Positions 52,801 through 64,000 of a DNA stretch of 64,000 bases are shown one piece after another. The translations under genes were made by a program, and so were the position numbers. The notes below the pieces were generated by a model. That model was not told where the DNA came from. It searched no databases and worked only from the letters and a program-made list of their open reading frames with translations. Positions within the stretch are counted from its first letter, which is position 1. The number at the start of each line of letters is the position of its first letter. This stretch comes from the human T2T-CHM13v2.0 reference genome, Homo sapiens: assembly GCF_009914755.1 (NCBI RefSeq), contig NC_060934.1; one strand, 5' to 3'.

Positions 52801-55800
52801 CTCTGTTTTTGGAATTTGCAAGTGCAGATTTCAAGCGCTTCTAGGCCTATGGCAGAAAAGGAAATATCTTCGTATAAAAACTACACAGAATCATTCTCAA
52901 CAACTACTTTGTGATGTGTGCGTTCAACTCACAGAGTTTAACCTTTCTTTTCATAGAGCAGCTTGGAAACACTCTGTTTGTAAAGCCTGCAAGTGCTTTT
53001 TTGGACTTCATTGAGGCCTTCGTTGGAAACGGGATTTCTTCATATAATGCTAGACAGAAGAATTCTCAGTCACTTCTTTGTGTTGTGTGTATTCAAGTCA
53101 CAGAGTTGAACATTCCTTTAGACAGAGCAGTTTTGAAAAATTCTTTCTGTGGAGTTTGCAAGTGGAGATTTCAAGCGATTTGAGGCTAATCTTTGAAATG
53201 GAAATATCTTCGTGTAAAAACTACACAGAATCATTCTCAGAAACTGCTTTGTCATCTGTGCGTTCAGTTCACAGAGTTTCACCTTTCTCTTCATAGAGCA
53301 GTTTGGAAAGACTCTGTCTGTAAAGTCTGCAAGTGATTAGTTAGACCCCTTTGAGGCCTTCGTTGGAAGCGGGATTTCTCATTTACTGCTAGACAGAAGA
53401 ATTCTCAGTAAATCCTTTGTGTTGTGTGTATTCAACTCACAGAGTGGAACCTTCCTTTATTCAGAGTAGTTTTGAAAAACACTTTTTGTGGAATTTGCAA
53501 GTGGAGATTTCAAGCGATTTGACGCCAATCTTAGACATGGAAATATCTTCATATTAAAAGTACACAGAGTCATTCGCAGAAGCTAGTTTGTGATGTGTGC
53601 CTTCAACTCACAGAGTTTAACCTTTCTTTTCATAGAGCAGTTTGGAAACACTCTATTTGTAAAGTCTGCAAGTGGATATTTGGACCTCTTTGAGGCCTTC
53701 GTTGGAAACGGGATTTCTTCATACAACGCTAGACAGAAGAATTCTCAGTAACTTCTTTGTGTTGTGTGTATTCAACTCACAGAGTTGAACCTTTCTTTAG
53801 AGAGAACAGAGTTGAAACACTCTGTTTTTGGAATTTGCAAGTGCAGATTTCAAGCGATTCTAGGCCTATGGCAGAAAAGGAAATATCTTCGTATAAAAAC
53901 TACACAGAATCATTCTCAACAACTACTTTGTGATGTGTGCGTTCAACTCACAGAGTTTAACCTTTCTTTTCATAGAGCAGTTTGGAAACACTCTGTTTGT
54001 AAAGCCTGCCAGTGCTTTATTGGACTTCATTGAGGCCTTCGTTGGAAACGGGATTTCTTCATATAATGCTAGACAGAAGAATTCTCAGTAAATCCTTTGT
54101 GTTGTGTTTATTCAACTCACAGAGTGGAACCTTCCTTTATTCAGAGCAGTTTTGAAACACTCTTTTTGTGGAATTTGCAAGTGGAGATTTCAAGCGATTT
54201 GACGCCAATCTTAGACATGGAAATATCTTCATATTAAAAGTACACAGAATCATTCGTAGAAACTAGTTTGTGATGTGTGCCTTCAACTCACAGAGTTTAA
54301 CCTTTCTTTTCATAGAGCAGTTCGGAAACATTCTATTTGTAAAGTCTGCAAGTGGATATTTGGACCTCTTTGAGGCCTTCGTTGGAAAAGGGATTTCTTC
54401 ATATAACGCTAGACAGAAGAATTCTCAGTAACTTCTTTGTGTTGTGTGTATTCAACTCACAGAGTTGAACCTTTCTTGAGAGAGAGCAGAGTGGAAACAC
54501 TCTTTTTGTGGAATTTGCTAGTGCAGATTTCAAACGCTTCGAAGACAGTGATAGAAAAGGATATATCTTCGTATTAAAACTAGACAAAATCATTCTCAGA
54601 AAACACTTTGTGATGTGTGTGTTCAACTCACAGAGTTTAACCTTTCTTTAATCGAGCAGTTTGGAAATACACTCTTTGTAAGTCTGCAGGTGGATAATTG
54701 GCCCTCTTTGAGCCCTTCATTGGAAACGGGATTTCCTCATATAATGCTAGACAGAAGAATTCTCAGTAACTTCTTTGTGTTGTTTGTATTCAACTCACAG
54801 ATTTGAACCTTCCTTTAGAGAGAGCAGATTTGAAACACTCTGTTTTTGGAATTTGCAAGTGCAGATTTCAAGCGCTTCTAGGCCTATGGCAGAAAAGGAA
54901 ATATCTTCGTATAAAAACTACACAGAATCATTCTCAACAACTACTTTGTGATGTGTGCGTTCAACTCACAGAGTTTAACCTTTCATTTCATAGAGCAGTT
55001 TGGAAACACTCTGTTTGTAAAGCCTGCAAGTGCTTTTTTGGACTTCATTGAGGCCTTCGTTGGAAACGGGATTTCTTCATATAATGCTAGACAGAAGAAT
55101 TCTCAGTCACTTCTTTGTGTTGTGTGTATTCAAGTAACAGAGTTGAACCTTCCTTTAGACAGAGCAGTTTTGAAAAATTCTTTCTGTGGAATTTGCAAGT
55201 GGAGATTTCAAGCGATTTGAGGCTAATCTTTGAAATGGAAATATCTTCGTGTAAAAACTACACAGAATCATTCTCAGAAACTGCTTTGTCATCTGTGCGT
55301 TCAGTTCACAGAGATTCACCTTTCTCTTCATAGAGCAGTTTGGAAAGACTCTGTCTGTAAAGTCTGCAAGTGATTAGGTAGACCCCTTTGAGGCCTTCGT
55401 TGGAAGCGGGATTTCTCATTTACTGCTAGACAGAAGAATTCTCAGTAAATCCTTTGTGTTGTGTGTATTCAACTCACAGAGTGGAACCTTCCTTTTTTCA
55501 GAGCAGTTTTGAAACACTCTTTTTGTGGAATTTGCAAGTGGAGATTTCAAGCGATTTGACGCCAATCTTAGACATGGAAATATCTTCATATTAAAAGTAC
55601 ACAGAGTCATTCGTAGAAACTAGTTTGTGATGTGTGCCTTCAACTCACAGAGTTTAACCTTTCTTTTCATAGAGCAGTTGGGAAACACTCTATTTGTAAA
55701 GTCTGCAAGTGGATATTTGGACCTCTTTGAGGCCTTCGTTGGAAACGGGATTTCTTCATATAACGCTAGACAGAAGAATTCTCAGTAACTTCTTTGTGTT

Positions 55801-57132
55801 GTGTGTATTCAACTCACAGAGTTGAACCTTTCTTTAGAGGGAGCAGAGGTGAAACACTCTTTTTGTGGAATTTGCTAGTGTAGATTTCAAACGCTTCGAA
55901 GTCAGTGATAGAAAAGGATATATCTTCGTATTAAAAGTAGACAAAATCATTCTCAGAAAACTCTTTGTGATGTGTGTGTTCAACTCACAGAGTTTAACCT
56001 TTCTTTAATCGAGCAGTTTGGAAATACACTCTTTGTAAGTCTGCAGGTGGATATTTGGCCCTCTTTGAGCCCTTCTTTGGAAAGGGGATTTCCTCTTATA
56101 ATGCTAGACAGAAGAATTCTCAGTAACTTCTCTGTGTTGTTTGTATTCAACACACAGATTTGAACCTTCCTTTAGAGAGAGCAGATTTGAAACACTCTGT
56201 TTTTGGAATTTGCAAGTGCAGATTTCAAGCGCTTCTAGGCCTATGGCAGAAAAGGAAATATCTTCGTATAAAAACTACACAGAATCATTCTCAACAACTA
56301 CTTTGTGATGTGTGCGTTCAACTCACAGAGTTTAACCTTTCTTTTCATAGAGCAGTTTGGAAACACTCTGTTTGTAAAGCCTGCAAGTGCTTTTTTGGAC
56401 TTCATTGAGGCCTTCGTTGGAAACGGGATTTCTTCATACAACGCTAGACAGAAGAATTCTCAGTAACTTCTTTGTGTTGTGTGTATTCAACTCACAGAGT
56501 TGAACCTTTCTTCAGAGAGAGCAGAGTTGATACACTCTGTTTTTGGAATTTGCAAGTGCAGATTTCAAGCGATTCTAGGCCTATGGCAGAAAAGGAAATA
56601 TCTTCGTATAAAAACTACACAGAATCATTCTCAACAACTACTTTGTGATGTGTGCGTTCAACTCACAGAGTTTAACCTTTCTTTTCATAGAGCAGTTTGG
56701 AAACACTCTGTTTGTAAAGCCTGCAAGTGCTTTTTTGGACTTCATTGAGGCCTTCGTTGGAAACGGGATTTCTTCATATAATGCTAGACAGAAGAATTCT
56801 CAGTCACTTCTTTGTGTTGTGTGTATTCAAGTCACAGAGTTGAACCTTCCTTTAGACAGAGCAGTTTTGAAAAATTCTTTCTGTGGAGTTTGCAAGTGGA
56901 GATTTCAAGCGATTTGAGGCTAATCTTTGAAATGGAAATATCTTCGTGTAAAAACTACACAGAATCATTCTCAGAAACTGCTTTGTCATCTGTGCGTTCA
57001 GTTCACAGAGTTTCACCTTTCTCTTCATAGAGCAGTTTGGAAAGACTCTGTCTGTAAAGTCTGCAAGTGATTAGTTAGACCCCTTTGAGGCCTTCGTTGG
57101 AAGCGGGATTTCTCATTTACTGCTAGACAGAA
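40841..57132 (+). repeat. Tandem duplication, unit 8145-8147 bp (48 monomers), 2 copies
   Basis: Identical 24-dimer order and many shared private variants: AGACTTGGAAAAAT, CAGAATGG, AAAAGAG box, HindIII at 44455/52602, GCAGCTTGG, CGCAGAAGCT, GAGATTCAC, TTCTTCAGAG. ORF offsets are 8145 before and 8147 after a 2-bp deletion near 42451. Confidence 0.95.
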
Positions 57133-60100
57133 GAATTCTCAGTAAATCCTTTGTGTTGTGTGTATTCAACTCACAGAGTGGAACCTTCCTTTATTCAGAG
57201 CACTTTTGAAAAACACTTTTTGTGGAATTTGCAAGTGGAGATTTCAAGCGATTTGACGCCAATCTTAGACATGGAAATATCTTCATATTAAAAGTACACA
57301 GAGTCATTCGTAGAAACTAGTTTGTGATGTGTGCCTTCAACTCACAGAGTTTAACCTTTCTTTTCGTAGAGCAGTTTGGAAACACTCTATTTGTAAAGTC
57401 TGCAAGTGGATATTTGGACCTCTTTGAGGCCTTCGTTGGAAACGGGATTTCTTCATACAACGCTAGACAGAAGAATTCTCAGTAACTTCTTTGTGTTGTG
57501 TGTATTCAACTCACAGATTTGAACCTTTCTTTAGAGAGAGCAGAGTTGAAGCACTCTGTTTTTGGAATTTGCAAGTGCAGATTTCAAGCGATTCTAGGCC
57601 TATGGCAGAAAAGGAAATATCTTCGTATAAAAACTACACAGAATCATTCTCAACAACTACTTTGTGATGTGTGCGTTCAACTCACAAAGTTTAACCTTTC
57701 TTTTCATAGAGCAGTTTGGAAACACTCTGTTTGTAAAGCCTGCAAGTGCTTTTTTGGACTTCATTGAGGCCTTCGTTGGAAACGGGATTTCTTCATATAA
57801 TGCTGGACAGAAGAATTCTCAGTCACTTTTTTGTGTTGTGTGTATTCAAGTCACAGAGTTGAACCTTCCTTTAGACAGAGCAGTTTTGAAAAATTCTTTC
57901 TGTGGAGTTTGCAAGTGGAGACTTCAAGCGATTTGAGGCTAATCTTTGAAATGGAAATATCTTCGTGTAAAAACTACACAGAATCATTCTCAGAAACTGC
58001 TTTGTCATCTGTGCGTTCAGTTCACAGAGTTTCACCTTTCTCTTCATAGAGCAGTTTGGAAAGACTCTGTCTGTAAAGTCTGCAAGTGATTAGTTAGACC
58101 CCTTTGAGGCCTTCGTTGGAAGCGGGATTTCTCATTTACTGCTAGACAGAAGAATTCTCAGTAAATCCTTTGTGTTGTGTGTATTCAACTCACAGAGTGG
58201 AACCTTCCTTTATTCAGAGCAGTTTTGAAACACTCTTTTTGTGGAATTTGCAAGTGGAGATTTCAAGCGATTTGACGCCAATCTTAGACATGGAAATATC
58301 TTCATATTAAAAGTACACAGAGTCATTCGTAGAAACTAGTTTGTGATGTGTGCCTTCAACTCACAGAGTTTAACCTTTCTTTTCATAGAGCAGTTGGGAA
58401 ACACTCTATTTGTAAAGTCTGCAAGTGGATATTTGGACCTCTTTGAGGCCTTCGTTGGAAACGGGATTTCTTCATATAACGCTAGACAGAAGAATTCTCA
58501 GTAACTTCTTTGTGTTGTGTGTATTCAACTCACAGAGTTGAACCTTTCTTTAGAGGGAGCAGAGGTGAAACACTCTTTTTGTGGAATTTGCTAGTGTAAA
58601 TTTCAAACGCTTCGAAGACAGTGATAGAAAAGGATATATCTTCGTATTAAAAGTAGACAAAATCATTCTCAGAAAACTCTTTGTGATGTGTGTGTTCAAC
58701 TCACAGAGTTTAACCTTTCTTTAATCGAGCAGTTTGGAAATACACTCTTTGTAAGTCTGCAGGTGGATATTTGGCCCTCTTTGAGCCCTTCGTTGGAAAC
58801 GGGATTTCCTCATATAATGCAAGACAGAAGAATTCTCAGTAACTTCTTTGTGTTGTTTGTATTCAACTCACAGATTTGAACCTTCCTTTAGAGAGAGCAG
58901 ATTTGAAACACTCTGTTTTTGGAATTTGCAAGTGCAGATTTCAAGCGCTTCTAGGCCTATGGCAGAAAAGGAAATATCTTCGTATAAAAACTACACAGAA
59001 TCATTCTCAACAACTACTTTGTGATGTGTGCGTTCAACTCACAGAGTTTAACCTTTCTTTTCATAGAGCAGTTTGGAAACACTCTGTTTGTAAAGCCTGC
59101 AAGTGCTTTTTTGGACTTCATTGAGGCCTTCGTTGGAAACGGGATTTCTTCATATAATGCTAGACAGAAGAATTCTCAGTCACTTCTTTGTGTTGTGTGT
59201 ATTCAAGTCACAGAGTTGAACCTTCTTTTAGCAGAGCAGTTTTGAAAAATTCTTTCTGTGGAATTTGCAAGTGGAGATTTCAAGAGATTTGAGGCTAATC
59301 TTTGAAATGGAAATATCTTCGTGTAAAAACTACACAGAATCATTCTCAGAAACTGCTTTGTTATCTGTGCGTTCAGTTCACAGAGTTTCACCTTTCTCTT
59401 CATAGAGCAGTTTGGAAAGACTCTGTCTGTAAAGTCTGCAAGTGATTAGTTAGACCCCTTTGAGGCCTTCGTTGGAAGTGGGATTTCTGATTTACTGCTA
59501 GACAGAAGAATTCTCAGTAAATCTTTTTGTTGTGTGTATTCAACTCACAGAGTGGAACCTTCCTTTATTCAGAGCAGTTTTGAAAAACACTTTTTGTGGA
59601 ATTTGCAAGTGGAGATTTCAAGCGATTTGACGCCAATCTTAGACATGGAAATATCTTCATATTAAAAGTACACAGAGTCATTCGTAGAAACTAGTTTGTG
59701 ATGTGTGCCTTCAACTCACAGAGTTTAACCTTTCTTTTCATAGAGCAGTTGGGAAACACTCTATTTGTAAAGTCTGCAAGTGGATATTTGGACCTCTTTG
59801 AGGCCTTCGTTGGAAACGGGATTTCTTCATATAACGCTAGACAGAAGAATTCTCAGTAACTTCTTTGTGTTGTGTGTATTCAACTCACAGAGTTGAACCT
59901 TTCTTTAGAGAGAGCAGAGGTGAAACACTCTTTTTCTGTAATTTGGTACTCCAGATTTCAAACGCTACGAAGACAGTGATAGAAAAGGATATATCTTCGT
60001 ATTAAAACTAGACAAAATCATTCTCAGAAAACTCTTTGTGATGTGTGTGTTCAACTCACAGAGTTTAACCTTTCTTTAATCGAGCAGTTTGGAAATACAC

Positions 60101-61882
60101 TCTTTGTAAGTCTGCAGGTGGATAATTGGCCCTCTTTGAGCCCTTCGTTGGAAACGGGATTTCCTCATATAATGCTAGACAGAAGAATGCTCAGTAACTT
60201 CTTTGTGTTGTTTGTATTCAACTCACAGATTTGAACCTTCCTTTAGAGAGAGCAGATTTGAAACACTCTGTTTTTGGAATTTGCAAGTGCAGATTTCAAG
60301 CGCTTCTAGGCCTATGGCAGAAAAGGAAATATCTTCGTATAAAAACTACACAGAATCATTCTCAACAACTACTTTGTGATGTGTGCGTTCAACTCACAGA
60401 GTTTAACCTTTCTTTTCATAGAGCAGTTTGGAAACACTCTGTTTGTAAAGCCTGCAAGTGGTTTTTTGGACTTCATTGAGGCCTTCGTTGGAAACGGGAT
60501 TTCTTCATATAATGCTAGACAGAAGAATTCTCAGTCACTTCTTTGTGTTGTGTGTATTCAAGTCACAGAGTTGAACCTTCTTTTAGACAGAGCAGTTTTG
60601 AAAAATTCTTTCTGTGGAATTTGCAATTGGAGATTTTAAGCGATTTGAGGCTAATCTTTGAAATGGAAATATCTTCTTGTAAAAATTACACAGAATCATT
60701 CTCAGAAACTGCTTTGTTATCTCTGCGTTCAGTTCACAGAGTTTCACCTTTCTCTTCATAGAGCAGTTTGGAAAGACTCTGTCTGTAAAGTCTGCAAGTG
60801 ATTAGTTAGACCCCTTTGAGGCCTTCGTTGGAAGCGGGATTTCTCATTTACTGCTAGACAGAAGAGTTCTCAGTAAACCCTTTGTGTTGTGTGTATTCAA
60901 CTCACAGAGTGGAACCTTCCTTTATTCAGAGCAGTTTTGAAAAACACTTTTTGTGGAATTTGCAAGTGGAGATTTCAAGCGATTTGACGCCAATCTTAGA
61001 CATGGAAATATCTTCATATTAAAAGTACACAGAGTCATTCGTAGAAACTAGTTTGTGATGTGTGCCTTCAACTCACAGAGTTTAACCATTCTTTTCATAG
61101 AGCAGTTTGGAAACACTCTGTTTGTAAAGTCTGCAAGTGGATATTTAGACCTCTTTGAGACCTTCGTTGGAAACGGGATTTCTTCATACAACGCTAGACA
61201 GAAGAATTCTCAGTAACTTCTTTGTGTTGTGTGTATTAAACTCACAGAGTTGAACATTTCTTTAGAGAGAGCAGAGTTGAAACACTCTTTTTTTGGAATT
61301 TGCAAGTGCAGATTTCAAGTGCTTCTAGGCCTATGGCAGAAAAGGAAATATCTTCGTATAAAAACTACACAGAATCATTCTCAACAACTACTTTGTGATG
61401 TGTGCGTTCAACTCACAATGTTTAACCTTTCTTTTCATAGAGCAGTTTGGAAACACTCTGTTTGTAAAGCCTGCAAGTGTTTTTTGGACTTCATTGAGGC
61501 CTTCGTTGGAAACGGGATTTCTTCTTACAACGCTAGACAGAAGAATTCTCAGTAACTTCTTTGTGTTGTGTGTATTCAACTCACAGAGTTGAACCTTTCT
61601 TTAGAGAGAGCAGAGTTGAAACACTCTGTTTTTGGAATTTGCAAGTGCAGATTTCAAGCGATTCTAGGCCTATGGCAGAAAAGGAAATATCTTCGTATAA
61701 AAACTACACAGAATCATTCTCAACAACTACTTTGTGATGTGTGCGTTCAACTCACAGAGTTTAACCTTTCTTTTCATAGAGCAGTTTGGAAACACTCTGT
61801 TTGTAAAGCCTGCAAGTGCTTTTTTGGACTTCATTGAGGCCTTCGTTGGAAACGGGATTTCTTCATATAATGCTAGACAGAA

Positions 61883-62222
61883 GAATTCTCAGTCACTTCT
61901 TTGTGTTGTGTGTATTCAAGTCACAGAGTTCAACCTTCTTTTAGACAGAGCAGTTTTGAAAAATTCTTTCTGTGGAATTTGCAAGTGGAGATTTCAAGAG
62001 ATTTTACGCCAATCTTAGACATGGAAATATCTTCATATTAAAAGTACACAGAGTCATTCGTAGAAACTAGTTTGTGATGTGTGCCTTCAACTCACAGAGT
62101 TTAACCTTTCTTTTCATAGAGCAGTTTGGAAACACTCTATTTGTAAAGTCTGCAAGTGGAAATTTGGACCTCTTTGAGGCCTTCGTTGGAAACGGGATTT
62201 CTTCATACAACGCTAGACAGAA
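61883..62222 (+). repeat. Hybrid A::B dimer (copy 2)
   Basis: Same A-to-B switch; shares GAGTTCAACCTTCTTTT and GTGGAAATTTGG with the copy at 2150. Confidence 0.88.
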
Positions 62223-64000
62223 GAATTCTCAGTAACTTCTTTGTGTTGTGTGTATTCAACTCACAGAGTTGAACCTTTCTTTAGAGAGAGCAGAGTTGAA
62301 ACACTCTGTTTTTGGAATTTGCAAGTGCAGATTTCAAGCGCTTCTAGGCCTATGGCAGAAAAGGGAATATCTTCGTATAAAAACTACACAGAATCATTCT
62401 CAACAACTACTTTGTGATGTGTGCGTTCAACTCACAGAGTTTAACCTTTCTTTTCATAGAGCAGTTTGGAAACACTCTGTTTGTATAGCCTGCAAGTGCT
62501 TTTTTGCACTTCATTGAGTCCTTCGTTGGAAACGGGATTTCTTCATATAATGCTAGACAGAAGAATTCTCAGTCACTTCTTTGTGTTGTGTGTATTCAAG
62601 TCACAGAGTTGAACCTTCCTTTAGACAGAGCAGTTTTGAAAAATTCTTTCTGTGGAGTTTGCAAGTGGAGATTTCAAGCGATTTGAGGCTAATCTTTGAA
62701 ATGGAAATATCTTCGTGTAAAAACTTCACAGAAGCATTCTCAGAAACTGCTTTGTCATCTGTGCGTTCAGTTCACAGAGTTTCACCTTTCTCTTCATAGA
62801 GCAGTTTGGAAAGACTATGTCTTTAAAGTCTGCAAGTGATTAGTGAGACCCCTTTGAGGCCTTCGTTGGAAGCGGGATTTCTCATTTACTGCTAGACAGA
62901 AGAATTCTCAGTAAATCCTTTGTGTTGTGTGTATTCAACTCACAGAGTGGAACCTTCCTTTATTCAGAGCAGTTTTGAGAAACACTTTTTGTGGAATTTG
63001 CAAGTGGAGATTTCAAGCGATTTGACGCCAATCTTAGACATGGAAATATCTTCATATTAAAAGTACACAGAGTCATTCGTAGAAACTAGTTTGTGATGTG
63101 TGCCTTCAACTCACAGAGTTTAACCTTTCTTTTCATAGAGCAGTTTGGAAACACTCTATTTGTAAAGTCTGCAAGTGGATATTTGGACCTCTTTGAGGCC
63201 TTCTTTGGAAACGGGATTTCTTCATATAACGCTAGACAGAAGAATTTTCAGTAAATTCTTTGTGTTGTGTGTATTCAACTCACAGAGTTGAACTTTTCTT
63301 TAGAGAGAGCAGAGTTGAAACACTCTTTTTGTGGAATTTGCTAGTGCAGATTTCAAACGCTTCGAAGACAGTGATAGAAAAGGGTATATCTTCGTATTAA
63401 AACTAGACAAAATCATTCTCAGAAAACACTTTGTGATGTGTGTGTTCAACTCACAGAGTTTAACCTTTCTTTAATCGAGCAGTTTGGAAATACACTCTTT
63501 GTAAGTCTGCAGGTGGATAATTGGCCCTCTTTGAGCCCTTCATTGGAAACGGGATTTCCTCATATAATGCTATACAGAAGAATTCTCAGTAACTTCTTTG
63601 TGTTGTTTGTATTCAACTCACAGATTTGAACCTTCCTTTAGAGAGAGCAGATTTGAAACACTCTGTTTTTGGAATTTGCAAGTGCAGATTTCAAGCGCTT
63701 CTAGGCCTATGGCAGAAAAGGAAATATCTTCGTATAAAAACTACACAGAATCATTCTCAACAACTACTTTGTGATGTGTGCGTTCAACTCACAGAGTTTA
63801 ACCTTTCTTTTCATAGAGCAGTTTGGAAACACTCTGTTTGTAAAGCCTGCAAGTGCTTTTTTGGACTTCATTGAGGCCTTCGTTGGAAACGGGATTTCTT
63901 CATATAATGCTAGACAGAAGAATTCTCAGTCACTTCTTTGTGTTGTGTGTATTCAAGTCACAGAGTTGAACCTTCCTTTAGACAGAGCAGTTTTGAAAAA

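Larger units (their letters stand above)
1..64000 (+). repeat. Alpha satellite higher-order repeat array, SF1 dimeric type; probably human chr10 D10Z1
   Basis: Seen: ~340-bp periodicity of GAATTC (114, 453, 793, 1131, 1471...), typical alphoid motifs (CATTCTCAGAAAC, TTCAACTCACAGAG, GAGCAGTTTGGAAACAC) and a CENP-B box once per dimer. Alpha satellite/SF1 is near certain. The chr10 call (~0.7) is inferred from co-existing 1357- and 1019-bp units, each with one RsaI site (AAAGTACAC, dimer B), and PstI (CTGCAG, dimer C) only in the 8-mer. D12Z3 (SF1 8-mer) is the main alternative. Confidence 0.98.

Noticed and set aside
55-63874. Numerous 60-108 aa ORFs recurring through the window (MCIQLTEL..., MCCVYSSH..., MNLPLERA...)
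   Set aside because: They are chance open frames in the satellite, mostly with TTG/GTG starts. They overlap in several frames, recur at the repeat period, are freely broken by stops and frameshifts, and show no recognisable domain.
1-64000. CRISPR-like look of conserved motifs (e.g. GCTAGACAGAAGAATTCTCAGT) at regular spacing
   Set aside because: The intervening sequences are themselves ~340-bp homologous repeats rather than unique spacers, and there are no cas genes.
1-64000. Possible embedded L1/Alu/ERV insertion, inversion or unique sequence
   Set aside because: Dimer phase and orientation could be followed continuously from start to end; I saw no poly-A tail, target-site duplication or strand switch.

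Overview
The whole 64 kb window is one uninterrupted, single-orientation array of primate centromeric alpha satellite, almost certainly human. It belongs to suprachromosomal family 1: ~171-bp monomers alternate as ~340-bp EcoRI dimers, with a CENP-B box site in every second monomer (~188 dimers). By eye I resolve four dimer types starting at the EcoRI site: A (339 bp), B (340), C (338) and D (340), plus D', a C::D fusion. These build an 8-mer ABCD (1357 bp) and a 6-mer ABD' (1019 bp), which often alternate as a 14-mer (2376 bp). The 1.35 kb + 1.0 kb units, each with one RsaI site, best fit chromosome 10 D10Z1 (inferred, not searched). The array is structurally heterogeneous, with 4-, 6-, 10- and 12-mer variants, recent tandem duplications of 2035, 4413 and 8147 bp, dispersed related blocks, short conversion-like tracts, and about 34 CENP-B boxes with damaged core positions. 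I found no genes, RNA genes, transposons, inversions or CRISPR arrays, and all listed ORFs are satellite artefacts. I see no support for a new gene-encoded system; the interest lies in the array's recombination and mutation record. All alignments and counts were done by eye, so boundaries are approximate.
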